64,000 nt of DNA from Octopus vulgaris (Eukaryota), in the NCBI GenBank assembly GCA_951406725.2, contig OX597817.1:121210001-121274000 (forward strand), written 5' to 3'. This document shows positions 11,620 through 25,015 of this stretch, piece by piece. The notes under the pieces were generated by a model, which searched no databases, was not told the DNA's origin, and saw only the letters and a list, made by a program, of their open reading frames with translations. Within the stretch, counting starts at the first letter, position 1. Every line of letters begins with the position of its first letter. A program made the translations under genes and the position numbers.

Positions 11620-13330
11620 ATCAGAGATGCATATAATGAATGGATACTACAGGTTGGTGGAGTATGTATAGTTTATCATGGGAGAGAGTTGGCAATTGAA
11701 AGCTCCACATGAGTGAAGAGGGGGCCATGTTAAAAGTACTCCATTTGATGTTGGGGAAGTCATTTCGATAGTCACAAAGTCTGCAGATGAAGCATAACAG
11801 AAGTTGAAGTTTTCCCTGTCCCTGCACTTGAAAGAGTGCATGTGCTGTGTGTACATTTTCTTAAAGTTATCAACTGTCATGCCTGTGTAGTGTCTTGTGA
11901 TGACATCAGGCAGCATAAGGTGAGTTCTATAGACAACAGTCTTTGAGAGGCAGGATTGTCTCAGGTGGCAGCTGGTAGGATTTTGATGGTTAGAAGTAGG
12001 AATGTGGGTTGGTGATTGCGTAGGTGTGTGCAATACTTGAAGTGATGTTATCTAAAATGAGCAGCTGACCATGACATTATGGAGACTGAAGCATTTATAT
12101 AATCTCCGGGTTCTTGGGAAATGCTTTCTAATTAGCATTAAGTAGCTCCAAGCTATGTTATTGGAAATTCTCAAGTTGCATTGAGGATTCAACTAGACTA
12201 TTTTTCTCTTTCTGACTCTCTTTGGGTTCAGAAGTGGGGGATGGGTTCCTCCATATATAGCATATTATAATAACTTACTGATAAAGTTAGTATTTAATCC
12301 TGCCTATATTTAGATTAAATGAATGTGGTTATTAAGCTTTCGCTTTTATATTATATGATAGAAAACGGTAGGGAAAATTTTTTGTATGACTTAAAGGATT
12401 GGTTGCTATTTAGTTATGTGTTTAGGAGTTAGTTATAGATTTACTAATTGAATTTATTTACTGATAATGTTGTATATAGGGTAAATGTGTTTGAAAGTTG
12501 TGGTTTCTTTGATATGTTTGTACCAAAACAATACTTATTTAGCACTGTTGACACCACCAGATTGAATGGTACTGCCCAAGTGTCGAAACCATAATGATAT
12601 CTGTGGGGCAACTGATGATGGAGGTATGTTGGATTGTTAGTATGGCTGTTTTTGTACGTGTGGAATAGTATTATAACACATCTTTTTGATAAATGCACTC
12701 CTTTCTAATACCTCATTATAGTGAGGTGTGATCCTGTCATAGATTCTTCTACCAATGCTTGTGACTAGGTTTCTAATTACAGTTGAGTTGGTGGTGGTTG
12801 AAGTGTCTATGAGTGTAAACAGTCACCTTACTGGGCTTTCTGTAGGGGCTGTACTTACTTTGCTTAGGTCTCAGAGGATATGAAGTCAACCTTCGGGTTG
12901 GCAATAGCAATATAATAGTTAGATTGAAATCACTGAAGGTTACTTATCAGATTCTTCCTGAATTTCTCTATGGCATGGCAATTAATTTAGCTTGAGATTG
13001 TCTGACCACCATGCCTGTACCCTGAGGGTATGTACATTCCTTAAAGTATCCAAGACAGCCTGATGAAATTAGCTCCCTCAGCCCTGTTATAGCTTCCCAT
13101 AGATATGCCAGACAGCAGTAGAAATCATCATAAATTAAGATTGACTTTCTAGTATCAGTTATATTCTTGAAAAGAGAACATCTATAGGGAACTAATGAGA
13201 GATTTACGGCTTCTATATCCAGGCTATAATTTTCATTTGTATCTATTATCATAGGAGCATTGGTTGCATAACAACAAACTTGCATATAAAAGTCCTGAAA
13301 TGCTGTGGGTTTTCTAAAGTAGAACAACGT
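11620..13330 (-). mobile_element. Decayed Penelope-like element (RT + GIY-YIG endonuclease)
   Basis: In order: DIEA..RKSIL, GISMGSYNRAE (~13109-13077), KYSPYRKP (~12856-12833), RKRKIV*LNP..LIRKHFPR (~12213-12110), CLSKTVVYR..HYTGMT..FKKMYTQHMHSFK, IKWS. These match PLE RT, linker and endonuclease motifs. Confidence 0.88.
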
Positions 13331-13840
13331 GAAAATTGATTCATATTCTCTGAATACAATTGATTAGTGGTACAGTGAAAATCTGTAATGCATCACAGAT
13401 ATTCTTCCTTTGAGGCTCCTGTGCTGCATATAAACATACAATCAGAAACACATTTGGAATTTACACACACACACACACACACACATATGTGCTTACACCA
13501 ACAATTCTAGATTACCTTAAACCCTGGCTTGACTTAAACTAAAGATTTTTGTCATTTTGTTAGTGGCAGTCTTGAATTCTGCAAAAGAAAACTCTTGAAT
13601 AAATTTATCCATGATTTCATCTTCTTCACCCATTATTCCTTGGATGGGGATCGGGTGGGTGGTAGAGCCCCCAAACACCTCCTCCATAAGGTCGTATGTT
13701 CAATAAATCATGAAGAAAGACAAACATACAAACATATACATATTTCTGTGTGTGTGTGTGTGCATGTGTGTATCAGTGTTTATTGCTATGCATGCATGTG
13801 CATGCATGTATGCATACCTGTGTGTATACATACATACATA

Positions 13841-14232
13841 TCTTTATATATAAAAGTGAAGTTGTGTGTCTGTCTCCTACGATTTAGATTCCTAACTACT
13901 CCCACATTTTGCGGTGCAGTGTAACCAAAAGCGGGTATCTTATAGTCGTGATTCATATCGAGCCCTTCTGGGTATTAGCGGGCGTCTACAATGAGTCTAC
14001 GATTTAAAAAAAAATTTACCATCATTTTTCCCCATTTTTAATGCATTTTTGCTATTATATAAGGGAAGTAACTCTCTAAAAATGTATTATTAAATCTCAG
14101 AACGTAAAAAGCTACAGTAACACCCCCCATTGTGGTTAGCCATATTGAGATGGCTATTATACTTTACATCTCTAAAAATGCTTATATAGTTATTTCCCTT
14201 ACAAACCCGAGCAACGCCGGCGATACTGCTAG
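13841..14232 (+). mobile_element. Non-autonomous Helitron
   Basis: A|TC start, subterminal GC hairpin cccgagcaacgccgg, CTAG|T end; the 3' end is shared with 26655-27039. Confidence 0.85.
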
Positions 14233-14257
14233 TATATATATATATATATATATATAG

Positions 14258-14495
14258 TGGAGGCGCATGGCTTAGTGGTTACGGTGTCAGCATCATGATC
14301 ATACGATTGTGGTTTTGATAGCTGGACTGGGCGAGATGTTGTGTTCTTGAGCAAAACACTTCATTTCACGTTGCTCCAGTCCACTCAGCTGGCAAAAATG
14401 AGTAACGCTGCGATGGACTGGTGTCCCATCCAGCTGGGGAACACATACGCCATAGAAACTGGGAAACCGGGCCCTGACTAGGCTTTAAAAGTGCA
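14258..14495 (+). mobile_element. tRNA-derived SINE (family D-like)
   Basis: ggaggcgcatggcttagtggtt head and cttgagcaaaacacttcatttcac core. Confidence 0.8.
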
Positions 14496-14518
14496 CATTT
14501 ATATATATATGTTTAAAT

Positions 14519-14581
14519 CACCTGAAGAATTACTGTAACCCGAAATTTTAAGAATTAGGCAGCCATGAAACGATCGTAGTG
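14519..14581 (+). ncRNA. Minimal type-I hammerhead ribozyme motif (PLE-type), decayed stem II
   Basis: CAC-CTGAAGA-attactg...cagccat-GAA-ACGATCGT-A-GTG: intact core, palindromic stem III, 3-bp stem I. Confidence 0.7.
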
Positions 14582-14713
14582 TTATACTAATTATCTTTTT
14601 CTAATAATTTTGATATATATTTAAAATAATATAAATTAATTAATCTTATGTATTGGCTTGAGTTTTTCATTGTATGATTTGCCTAATAGTGGTTTTATCT
14701 CTAATTTAATATA

Positions 14714-14744
<31 letters not shown>

Positions 14745-15547
14745 TATGAATGCATGTGTATATATGTACGTGCATATATACACATGTAGGTTTGTATGTC
14801 TTCACTGCTATAACTACTACTACTACTACTACTACTACTAACAATAGCACACTCACTTTGACAGTATCAGACAGGGAAGACCTCAGTAGCACAACCACTC
14901 TTTACTAAGAAACTCCATATCAATATATATTGGGAATATTGCTGTTATTTTGCATTTTCTATCTCTTTTCTTTTTTTTTTTTTGTATGTTTGTTTATTTG
15001 TTGTACCATTTGAGCAAAGAGATTTCATTTCGTATCACCAGACATCACATAGTCAGTAGTGTACCATTCCTTCCTTTGTTCCTTCCTTCCTTCCCGCTGC
15101 CTGTATCTCTTGTTTGGTGTACACATGCACCTGTAGCAATCTTGCTGTGTATCTCATCATACAAATAGATGAGAAGAATAAAAATAAAACAACAAACAAA
15201 CAAAAAAAAACCCTCATAAATCCAGTCAGGCGCAATAATCAGCCTTATCCACCCAACACACACATAAATACACATACATGCACACACATACACACTCACT
15301 CATTCACTCACTTGCAAATGCATGCACTCACGCAAACACATTTCCATCGAACTTCCAAAGAGCTGTTTGATCATCGGTTGTTTTAATGTTATTTGTTTTT
15401 GGTGGGTGGTGGATGGGGGTAGTGGGGGTAGTGGGGGTAGGGTGAGGGGCAGATTTTTTTTTTTTTGTATTGTTGTTATTCTTTTTATGTACCTGTTTTA
15501 AGATTGAAGCTAATAATTTCCACTGGAAACAGCCAGACTCAAAAACA

Positions 15548-15581
<34 letters not shown>

Positions 15582-15849
15582 CCCTATTCATGTTTTTTTT
15601 TTGTGTTTTGTCTTTTTTTATGTTTTTGTTTTTTTCTGCTTTGCACTGTTTGTATCTCCTACAATGCCTTTTCTTTTGAAACATCCTTACTTAAACCTCT
15701 TAGATAAAAAAAAAAAGATGCATCAAATTGCTAAGAACAGATTCTTAGCAATTACTTTTTAGTGAGGGGCTTTAAACAATAGTTCTGTTTTACAATCCAA
15801 GAATTGTATATATGCATAGATCTATCTATCTATCTATCTATCATCTCTT

Positions 15850-15854
<5 letters not shown>

Positions 15855-15925
<71 letters not shown>
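15855..15925. repeat. (CT)n microsatellite
   Basis: Seen directly. Confidence 0.95.
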
Positions 15926-15937
<12 letters not shown>

Positions 15938-15954
15938 TGCATGTATATATATAT

Positions 15955-16182
15955 TTCTCTACTACCCACAAGGGGCTAAACACAGAGGGGACAAACAAGT
16001 ACAGACAAACGTATTAAGTCGATTATATCGACCCCACTGCATAACTGGTACTTAATTTATCGACCCCGAAAGGATGAAAGGCAAAGTCGACCTTGGCGGA
16101 ATTTGAACTCGGAACGTAATGGCAGATGAAATACGGCTACGCATTTCGCCCGGCATGCTAACGTTTCTACCAGCTAGCCGCC
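15955..16182 (-). mobile_element. SINE family C
   Basis: Reverse complement of 58744-58973. Confidence 0.85.
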
Positions 16183-16192
16183 ATGTATATAT

Positions 16193-16705
16193 AGGCACAG
16201 GCATAGCTGTGTGGTAAGAAGCTTACTTCCCATCACATGGTTCTGGTTCACCTTGGGTAAGTGTCTTCTACTACAGACTCAGGCCAATCAAAGCCTTGTG
16301 AGGGGATTTGGTAGACAGAAACTGAAAGAAGCCTATTGTATATATATTTATGTGTTTTTTTTTTGTGTTTTTTCATACCGCCATCGCTTGACAACTGATG
16401 CTGATGTATTTACATCCCCATAACTTAGCAGTTCGGCAAAAGAGCCCTGTAGAGTAAGTACTATGCTTACAAAGAATAAGTCCTGGGATCAATTTGGCTG
16501 AAGCACATTAAGGTGATGCTCCAGTATGGCCACAATCAAATGACTGAAACAAGTAAAAGAATATGTGTATGGCTGTGTGGTAAGAAGCTTGCTTCTCAAC
16601 CACATGGTTCTGGGTTGAGTCCCACGTGTCTTCTACTGTAGCTTTGGGCTTATGAAAGCCTTGTGAGTGGATTTGGTAGACAGAAACTGAAAGAAGTCCA
16701 TCATG

Positions 16706-16736
<31 letters not shown>

Positions 16737-16934
16737 TTGTGTGTCTGTGTTTGTCTCCCTACTGTCACTTGACAACCAATTTTGGAGTATTTACGTTCCT
16801 TTAACTTAACAGTTTGGCAAAAGAGACTGATATAATAAGTACTAGGCTTACAAAGAATAAGTCCTGGGGCTCATGTGTTTGAATAAAGGGGCGCTCCAGC
16901 ATAGCTGTAGTCAAATGACTGAAACAAGTTAAAG

Positions 16935-16935
<1 letters not shown>
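16193..16935 (+). mobile_element. Two tandem SINE A copies (16193-16560, 16569-16935)
   Basis: Family match. Confidence 0.85.
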
Positions 16936-16970
<35 letters not shown>

Positions 16971-17335
16971 GCATATCTCTTCACACATACCTACATATAT
17001 ACATACATGAGAATACATGCATAAAACAAAACATACAAATCTGCACATGCACTGACTCCAAATACTGTCCATATATACACAAGCAAGCAAAGATACCCTG
17101 CTGATGTTGTTGAAATACCAATGAAGGAGCCTTAGATCTAGATCAGTAACTGTTTTTTTTTTTTCTATTTGCAAGAAATCTTGAAATAAAACAGAATAAT
17201 GCCTCTCACACACGCGCGCGCATGCATACATACATACAAAACTTTCCTGATGTTTATCATTTAAATATATATGAGCATGTCAAGATATGCAACTATATGC
17301 ATGAGAATACATACATAAAACATACAAATCTGCAT

Positions 17336-17337
<2 letters not shown>

Positions 17338-17372
<35 letters not shown>

Positions 17373-17511
17373 TACATACATACATACATACATACATACA
17401 TACATACATACATACATACATACATACATACATACATACATACATACATACATACATACATACATACATACATACATACATACATACATACATACATACA
17501 TACATACATAC
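17338..17511. repeat. (CA)n(CATA)n compound microsatellite
   Basis: Seen directly. Confidence 0.95.
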
Positions 17512-18698
17512 AAAAATACTCTGTTGTTGATGTTGAGCATACAATACTCTAACCTGTCACTTTAATCCCATTTCTTTTGTAATTGCATAAGAAATAAGTA
17601 TATCTATTTTATTGTACAGTTAGTTATTTGATACCTATTTTTTTGTTTACCTAACATTTCTGACTTCTCACATTCCTACACATTTCTTTTACACATCCAA
17701 CCTTCCCTTCAACAAATAAATTTGCCCACTTCATTTTAAAACTGACTTCTCAATTGGAGATGAAAGGCTAAAGCCAATAAACTTTACAAATCTTCAGAAA
17801 TTTATGTTAATTGATTTTTCTTGATGCAAACAATCACTAGTTTCATTGGATTCGAAACTCCCCCTATTTTGATAGAATGCTAATGAAGAGGCATATTAAG
17901 TGATATTTATTGTCAAATCGGAATCTTTTGTATAGAATCCATAGCATAAATAATTCTTATTCTGTGAAAATTCTTTTTAACAGTAGGCAAATTATATAGG
18001 TGTGTTTGTGTGTGTGTGTTTGCATGTATGTGTGTGCATGTATGTGTGCATGTGTATGTACGTACATATGCATTTATGTACGCACATATGTACACGCATA
18101 TGTATGCACATATGTATGTATGCACATATGTGTGTACATATGTATGTATGTATTTTTGTATGTATGTATGTATGCATTTTACAAATGTATGAATGTTCAT
18201 ACATGTGTATGTACATACATATGTACATACATATGTATGTATGATTCACACACTGTAGTGTGTGAATAATATTCTTAAGGTCAACATTTACTCACTTGTG
18301 ACCACTTCTAGGTTTTGTCACTAACTCAGTTTTTAACCAAATTAAGTGATGTTTACATTTTTAGATTGGTCACATCCTAAGCTACATTTTCAGTTACAAA
18401 ATTTGAAAATTTAAATTCATCTTTTCTGATAGACCTCCACAAGAAGAATCTAATGATGCTGATTATATCAAATGAAAATTTTAAATAAATAACTATTGGG
18501 ATCAAATGTGCCGTTAAACAGTTTGAGTCAAATATGTGAGGTCACAAACAGGAGAATAATGCCGGAAATCTAAATATTTAAAAAAAATAAATCTGTATTT
18601 CACTTAAGCTTATATGATAGACCTCGATGATGGGAATCTATCCATGTTAGTTATATGCAAAAATATTGAGTAGAAAAAAATGTTATTTTATTTATTTA

Positions 18699-18910
18699 TG
18701 CCCCCTTTTCAAGCCTAGCCAGGCTCATGGGCCCGGTTTCCCAGGCGATCCCTGCTGTACTCTTTCACCACGACTTTCTCTCACTCTTTTTTCTGTTGGC
18801 CTGGTCGCTTAGCCAGCGGGGTGGCGTCTTTTGAAGGCTAAAACAATGGGAAGCGCATTGTGACCAGCGATGTGTAACAACATCTGATGGCCTGGTCGGT
18901 CATAGGTGAT
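18699..18910 (+). mobile_element. SINE D 3' half preceded by an inverted SINE tail
   Basis: 18745-18910 matches 33235-33380; 18700-18742 resembles the reverse complement of the 38505-38547 tail. Confidence 0.7.
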
Positions 18911-20261
18911 ATATATATATATATATATATTAAAGTAAAAGCTAATTGCCCAAATAATATGGCTGTCCTGAAAGGGATGTTGTTCAGTGTGGGGTGGAGA
19001 TGCTAAATTCCCTGTTCTAAAATATAAGGAGACAGATAGTGTGTCGTATAGCCAGCTAGAAACAATGATTCTTGGGTCTAATGAACAGTAACAACTTCCT
19101 GTTACTGAATGTCTCTCTCTCAGAGATTTAGAAGTATTAATATTTCTGTTTATATATTTATTGCCTACCTGTTTAACTTTATTGAATTTAATGCATGCTA
19201 CAAGTTACGTATGTTACTTGTAGATCTGGGGTTGTGAAATACCTGTTTTATCTTCTATATTTTTCCACTTTCCAGTTTTTTTTAACAAAGAATAGAAAAT
19301 TGCTTATCAACCAATCTACCAGTTGGTTGGTCTATAGTGTCTCCCTCAGAGTATCTTCCTAGCCAATCATATGCTGGAAGCTACTGATCTAATGACCACA
19401 AGGGCTGCGATCCCTACCATTTGATATAAATAAACAAATAAATATAGATAGATGGATAGATATACATACATGTGCACACACACACACAAACATACATGCG
19501 TGTACATACATACGTATTCACACATTAATGCATACCTTCTTGTTTCACCCTAAACCCACAAACATATACACATAGCACCAACAGGATATATTGTTGTAGT
19601 TTGTTTATGTTGTTGTATTTGATATTGTTGTTTTAGCCAATATTTCATATATTTCCATATATGACTGTCTTGGCATTATTTTTCTACTTCAGATAGAATC
19701 TTACAATTACTTTTGTCAGAACTGTCAATTACACTTTTGTTGCTTTTTATATTATATAATATTATATATAATATAATATATTATATATTATATTACAATT
19801 ATATATTATATTACATTATATTTGTTTGTGTGTATGTTTATTATTTTCCTTCCTCTTTCACCCTATTGTTTTCTTTTCAGATTTGGTGTCTTTATTCTAT
19901 TTTCAATAGCCAGCTCAACATTTAACCCTGCCCCTTCATTTCCTCTATTTAGCCAATAATATGGGTTTTTTGTTCAATTAACTTAGTAAATATCAATATA
20001 ATTCAGTATGTTTTTCATCATCAGTTCCTATTATCTATCTATATTTATACAATGCATGTATTTATATATATATATGCATATATAAATGCACATATATGTG
20101 TATATATATATATGTATATATACAGATATATATATATATATATATATATATGCATACACATACATGTGTGCACACTCGCATGTGTATTTATATATATATG
20201 TTTGTATATTTACACATGTGTATATTTATATATATATATATATACGTATATATCTTTCCAT

Positions 20262-20292
<31 letters not shown>

Positions 20293-20547
20293 TGCACTCA
20301 CAACTGTTTCTTTTCTCTTATCTTTCTAGATTTTCTATTCCTCTACTCATTTCAATAATTTCAGTAACCACCTCAGTGTACACAGACCCACACTGACCAA
20401 TAATATGGCTTTTAGTTCAATGAACTTAGTAAACACCAAAATGAATTCAGTATGCTTTTTGTTTTGTGTTTTTTCTTTTCTTCAGTTTTTCAGCAAAAGA
20501 AAATAAATAACCCAATCAGACACATTTGTATCTGCAAATCTTTCCTT

Positions 20548-20624
<77 letters not shown>

Positions 20625-22817
20625 TTTGTGTCTTATGTGAACTCTCTATTCATTTCTGCCTTAGTAGTCAAACAGCACTTGAGATAGTTGCATTGTTTAC
20701 TGTTATTATTTTTATTTCGTTTGAACACATGAAGCATTGACCTAAAGAAATACTTTATAACTTTTGCATTTATGCAAATATATTTGTTGTTTTTGTGTGA
20801 TGTATATTTATGTACAGTTTTTTATGAGGAAAGTGGAGAATAAAAGCATCATATATATTTAATTTGAAATTTTTTAAAATTATTTTTCATAATATTTTGC
20901 TAATGCTTATTTTTGTGTTGCTAATTTTCCTTGTAGTTGTAACTTTTACCACCTTCTGCAACCTCTTGTTCCTCCCACTTTTGTTATCTTCCTGCTTTAT
21001 CATCTCCTCCTCCTCCTGTTCTTGTTTCCTTCCAGCTTCTTTTTTCTCATGTCCCTGTCCTTCAGTTGTCCAATTTTGCCTGTTGCTTAGCTTTCCCCCT
21101 CCTCCTTCCCTTTCACTATCATTCTTCTGTTACTTTTATCTTTCTCTCTCTCCTTTTCTCTTTATTTTTCACGCCTACTCATTACTTATAAAAAAGAAAA
21201 AAATGCATGGTCTAGTGGCCAAGGTACTGCACTTACAGTCCTGAATTCACAGGCTCAGTTCCTGGACTAGATAGCATGTTGTATCCTTAAGAAAGCCACC
21301 TAATTTCACATTGCATCAGTCTACTCAGCTGAAATGAGTACACACTTAGTGTTGACATATCCTTCTTTCTCTCAATTTGTCACATCCTGGATGTTCTATT
21401 GGGCCAAGGATGGTGGAACTGAGAGGATATTTATGTCTACTTGCATCTACATAGGCACCTAAATCAATGTACAAGTATGGTGGATGCTCTGAAGTCATTT
21501 TCACTTGCAAGTGACAGGTATGAGTTTTATTTTTTACCCATGTACTTACAATCTTGGACATCTACTTAAGGATTCTCTCACCACTACATGGCAAGTGAGG
21601 TGAAGTTTTTGTTTCAATACATAGCTCTAATAAAATGGAAATATACCCAGACTTATTTCACATACTTGTCAAAATGATTCGAATAGTATCAGTCATCCAG
21701 CTATTGTTGCCTTCTCACCACAAATATTTTTAATTAGATATTTAATATTCACTATCTTAAATATATTATGGCCTGCTTAGCTATTGTTTTTTTTGTTTTT
21801 TTTGTTTTCTGGCGTAAATAGTGTTTGTGTGTAAGTAAGCTCAGGGAGTTTTTTTTTAAAATATATTCGTAAATATTTTTTTATTTCTGAGGTCTCTTTG
21901 AGTGGCTTTGTGATCTAAGTTTTACAGGTGGTTACTGATGCAGGAAGAAGAACTGGGTGGCAAGAACTAATTTCTAATCTCAAAAAACAGGTGAAAAAAA
22001 CTAAAAAACAAAACACTGCAACAAACTGCAGAAAAATGTTCTGAAATATTTACAGATCCAAAATAATATTCTGTGCTGTTCAATAGAAAATGAAACTGGG
22101 AAAAAAAACCCAAACAAACAAACAAAATGAGTAAATCACGTAGGTTCTACAGATTCTTGAGACCTCTCATGTGGTTTTTACTACTAGATTTTATGTGTCT
22201 GTCTGTCTGTCTGTCTGTCAAATTCATCCTCATCCACTCTCTCTCTCACTTTCTCTCACAAACCAATAAGAAGACTCTACATGATAATTTAACAGGATAT
22301 AAATGCTACCCAAATTGCTCTCAAGACCTACTCTACAATCTTGAAAGCAAGGATGCATTGAATGATATAGAGTGCTCTATACATGAAAGAAGACCTGGTG
22401 AAAAGCTTTTCATTATGGATCAACCAAATGTGTGTCCACTTGGATTTAAACTATAAAAGCAACATCAAATATTTTATTCCTCTATCTCATGTTCTTCCTC
22501 TGTGTGTGTGTTTATGTGTGCATGATTCTGGCTTGTTGGCAGCTATTGACTGGGCTATGCTACAATGAGAGAGTTCAAAAGGATTGAAACATGTCTAAAG
22601 TTGTCCACATTGTTGCCAAAGATCAGAGTCACTCTTCTTTCACCAGATCTTTATTTCTGAATGATTGAAATTTTACAAGTTCCCCCTCTTGCTCCTTCTG
22701 AGAATAATTTTTCATTTACTCTGATCATTTTTTAATTTTTTCTCATTTGAATTTTAATTGTAATTGATTAAAAATCAATTTTGACTCACCAGATCAAATA
22801 TGATAATCTGCTCTTTT

Positions 22818-22859
<42 letters not shown>

Positions 22860-22862
<3 letters not shown>

Positions 22863-23085
22863 GTGTATATTTTTATGTGTCTATGTTTGTTCCCCCCTAA
22901 CATTGCTTGATAACCCATGCTGGTGTGTTTATGTTTCTGTGACTTAGTGGTTTGGCAAAAGGAGCTGATAGAATAGGTACTAAGCTTACAAAGAATAAGT
23001 CCTGGGGTCGATTTGCTCGACTAAAGGCAGTGCTCCAGCATGGCCCCAGTCAAATGACTGAAACAAGTAAAAGAATAAAAGAAAA
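22860..23085 (+). mobile_element. SINE A 3' module only
   Basis: Family match following (TA)n. Confidence 0.8.
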
Positions 23086-23226
23086 GAAAATAATTATATA
23101 TATATATATAATATATATATACACATGCACAAACACACACATACATATGTGCATGCATACATACATATATACAGGCAAATAAATGTGTGTGTATGTGCAT
23201 GTATTTTTATGTGTATGTAGGAAGTA

Positions 23227-24138
23227 CCATAAAAACCCATGTAATTTACATACCTGTGTAATTTACGCAGGCGATTTTCAGGAATATATTGTTAAAAAAT
23301 GCTTCTACTCTTGTAAAATTCACACCAAATAGTTTTCAGAATTGGCAATGTGGCCAGGGGAAAAAGGTTTTCAGTTTAGTTGTATTTAGCATAATTTCAC
23401 TTATGATTATATTTTATTAAATTTTCTTTAAATAAAAATAATTTCTGTTTAACAGGTATCACATTGAAAGCTATTAATTTACGAAGTGTTTGTGATGTTT
23501 ATAATAAACTTTACTTTACATTTCTTGCCCACAAGAGATTATCTCCACTCTTTAGTATACTTCTGTATGTCTTCTCAAATCACAATCACAGGCAAGGTTG
23601 TTGATAATTCTTATTAACAAAAACAAAGCTGATAAATATGTATAAGTGTTGAAAAATAAGTTTAATTACCAATAAACATCAGCTTGGATGACACTTTATT
23701 CAACTGACTGATGAAGGTGATCAATCAAACTGATTATATAAACAGAATTCTGCTTAGTCGAAAGTGTCTTCTTGTCTCAAGCTCTGATTTTCTACCTATT
23801 CTTGTCGGAACCTATGATACGGAGTATTGAAATTTTAACCCCTTTCACACTTATAAAATGCCAAGCAAACTTTAAAATTTGTCATTATTGTTTTAGCCAG
23901 GAGACCAAACTGATAGTTTGGTAACTCGCTGAAATAAACATTAAAAAGAGAAAGGAGAAAATAAACAGGGACAGGAGTGGCTGTGTTGTAAGTAGCTTGT
24001 TTATCAACCACATGGTCCCGGGTTCAGTCCCACTGCATGGCACCTTGGGCAAGTGTCTTCTACTATAGCCTCGGGCCGACCAAAGCCTTGTGAGTGGATT
24101 TGGTAGACGGAAACTGAAAGAAGCCTGTCGTATATATG

Positions 24139-24169
<31 letters not shown>

Positions 24170-25015
24170 TTGTGTGTGTCTGTGTTTGTCCCCCTAGCAT
24201 TGCTTGACAACCGATGCTGGTGTGTTTATGTCCCCGTTACTTAGCGGTTCGGCAAAAGAGACCGATAGAATAAGTACTGGGCTTACAAAAGAATAAGTCC
24301 CAGGGTCGAGTTGCTCAATTAAAGGCGGTGCTCCAGTATGGCCGCAGTCAAATGACTGAAACAAGTAAAAGAGTAAAAGAGTGTTTATTGAACAAGAGAG
24401 GTGCGAAATTTAAGAAGTGACTTGTTAGAATCTACACACCTGTGAGGAGACATAAACAAGAATAGCAAAAATCTACTGTACCAAAAGAACTGGCAATACA
24501 TACATTATGAGTGTTCTATGTGGAGAACATAAGGTTGCTGCATAATTCATCATGAATGTGAAATGACATTAAACATCGTATAAGATAAATGAATGTTTTT
24601 GCAGGAATGCTAAGTCATATTCACTTAGTGAGTTTACATGCACAAGGATGAATTATGATGTTGTCGTCTGCGTTAGATGCAGTAAAATATGGCCTGGACC
24701 ATGATTACCAGCATGAACGTCAAGCTTCAAAAAGTAGTTAACCATTTAATGGTTTTTGTAAATTTATACAGAAAAAAGTAAGCATTATACTGTCCAGTAT
24801 AAAAAGAAGTCAAATATATTTTTTCTGTAAAAAAAACCTGTTCTGACATTAAATGAATCAACTTCCAGTACGAATATTTATACTTGCATGTCATTTGTCA
24901 AAATAAATTTCGAAAAAAATTCTGGAAATAATCTACTCATGTAATTTACACATACCCTAAAGTTCATTTTTGTTTTTGTGAAGAAAAAGTGCATAAATTA
25001 CATGGGTTTTTACAG
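23227..25015. mobile_element. pogo/Tigger-like non-autonomous DNA transposon with nested insertions
   Basis: TA|ccataaaaacccatgtaattta ... taaattacatgggtttttacag|TA: ~22-bp TIRs, TA flanks and subterminal tgtaatttac repeats. Confidence 0.75.
23968..24381 (+). mobile_element. SINE A, young full-length copy
   Basis: CpG-rich and close to the 2457 and 31447 copies. Confidence 0.9.

Noticed and set aside
21928-21990. 63-nt exon-like segment VVTDAGRRTGWQELISNLKKQ
   Set aside because: Weak pyrimidine tract and donor, no recognised homology and no compatible neighbouring exon; RNA-seq would be needed.
23709-23770. CTGATGA...GAAAGTGTC hammerhead-like motif
   Set aside because: No convincing stem I or stem II.
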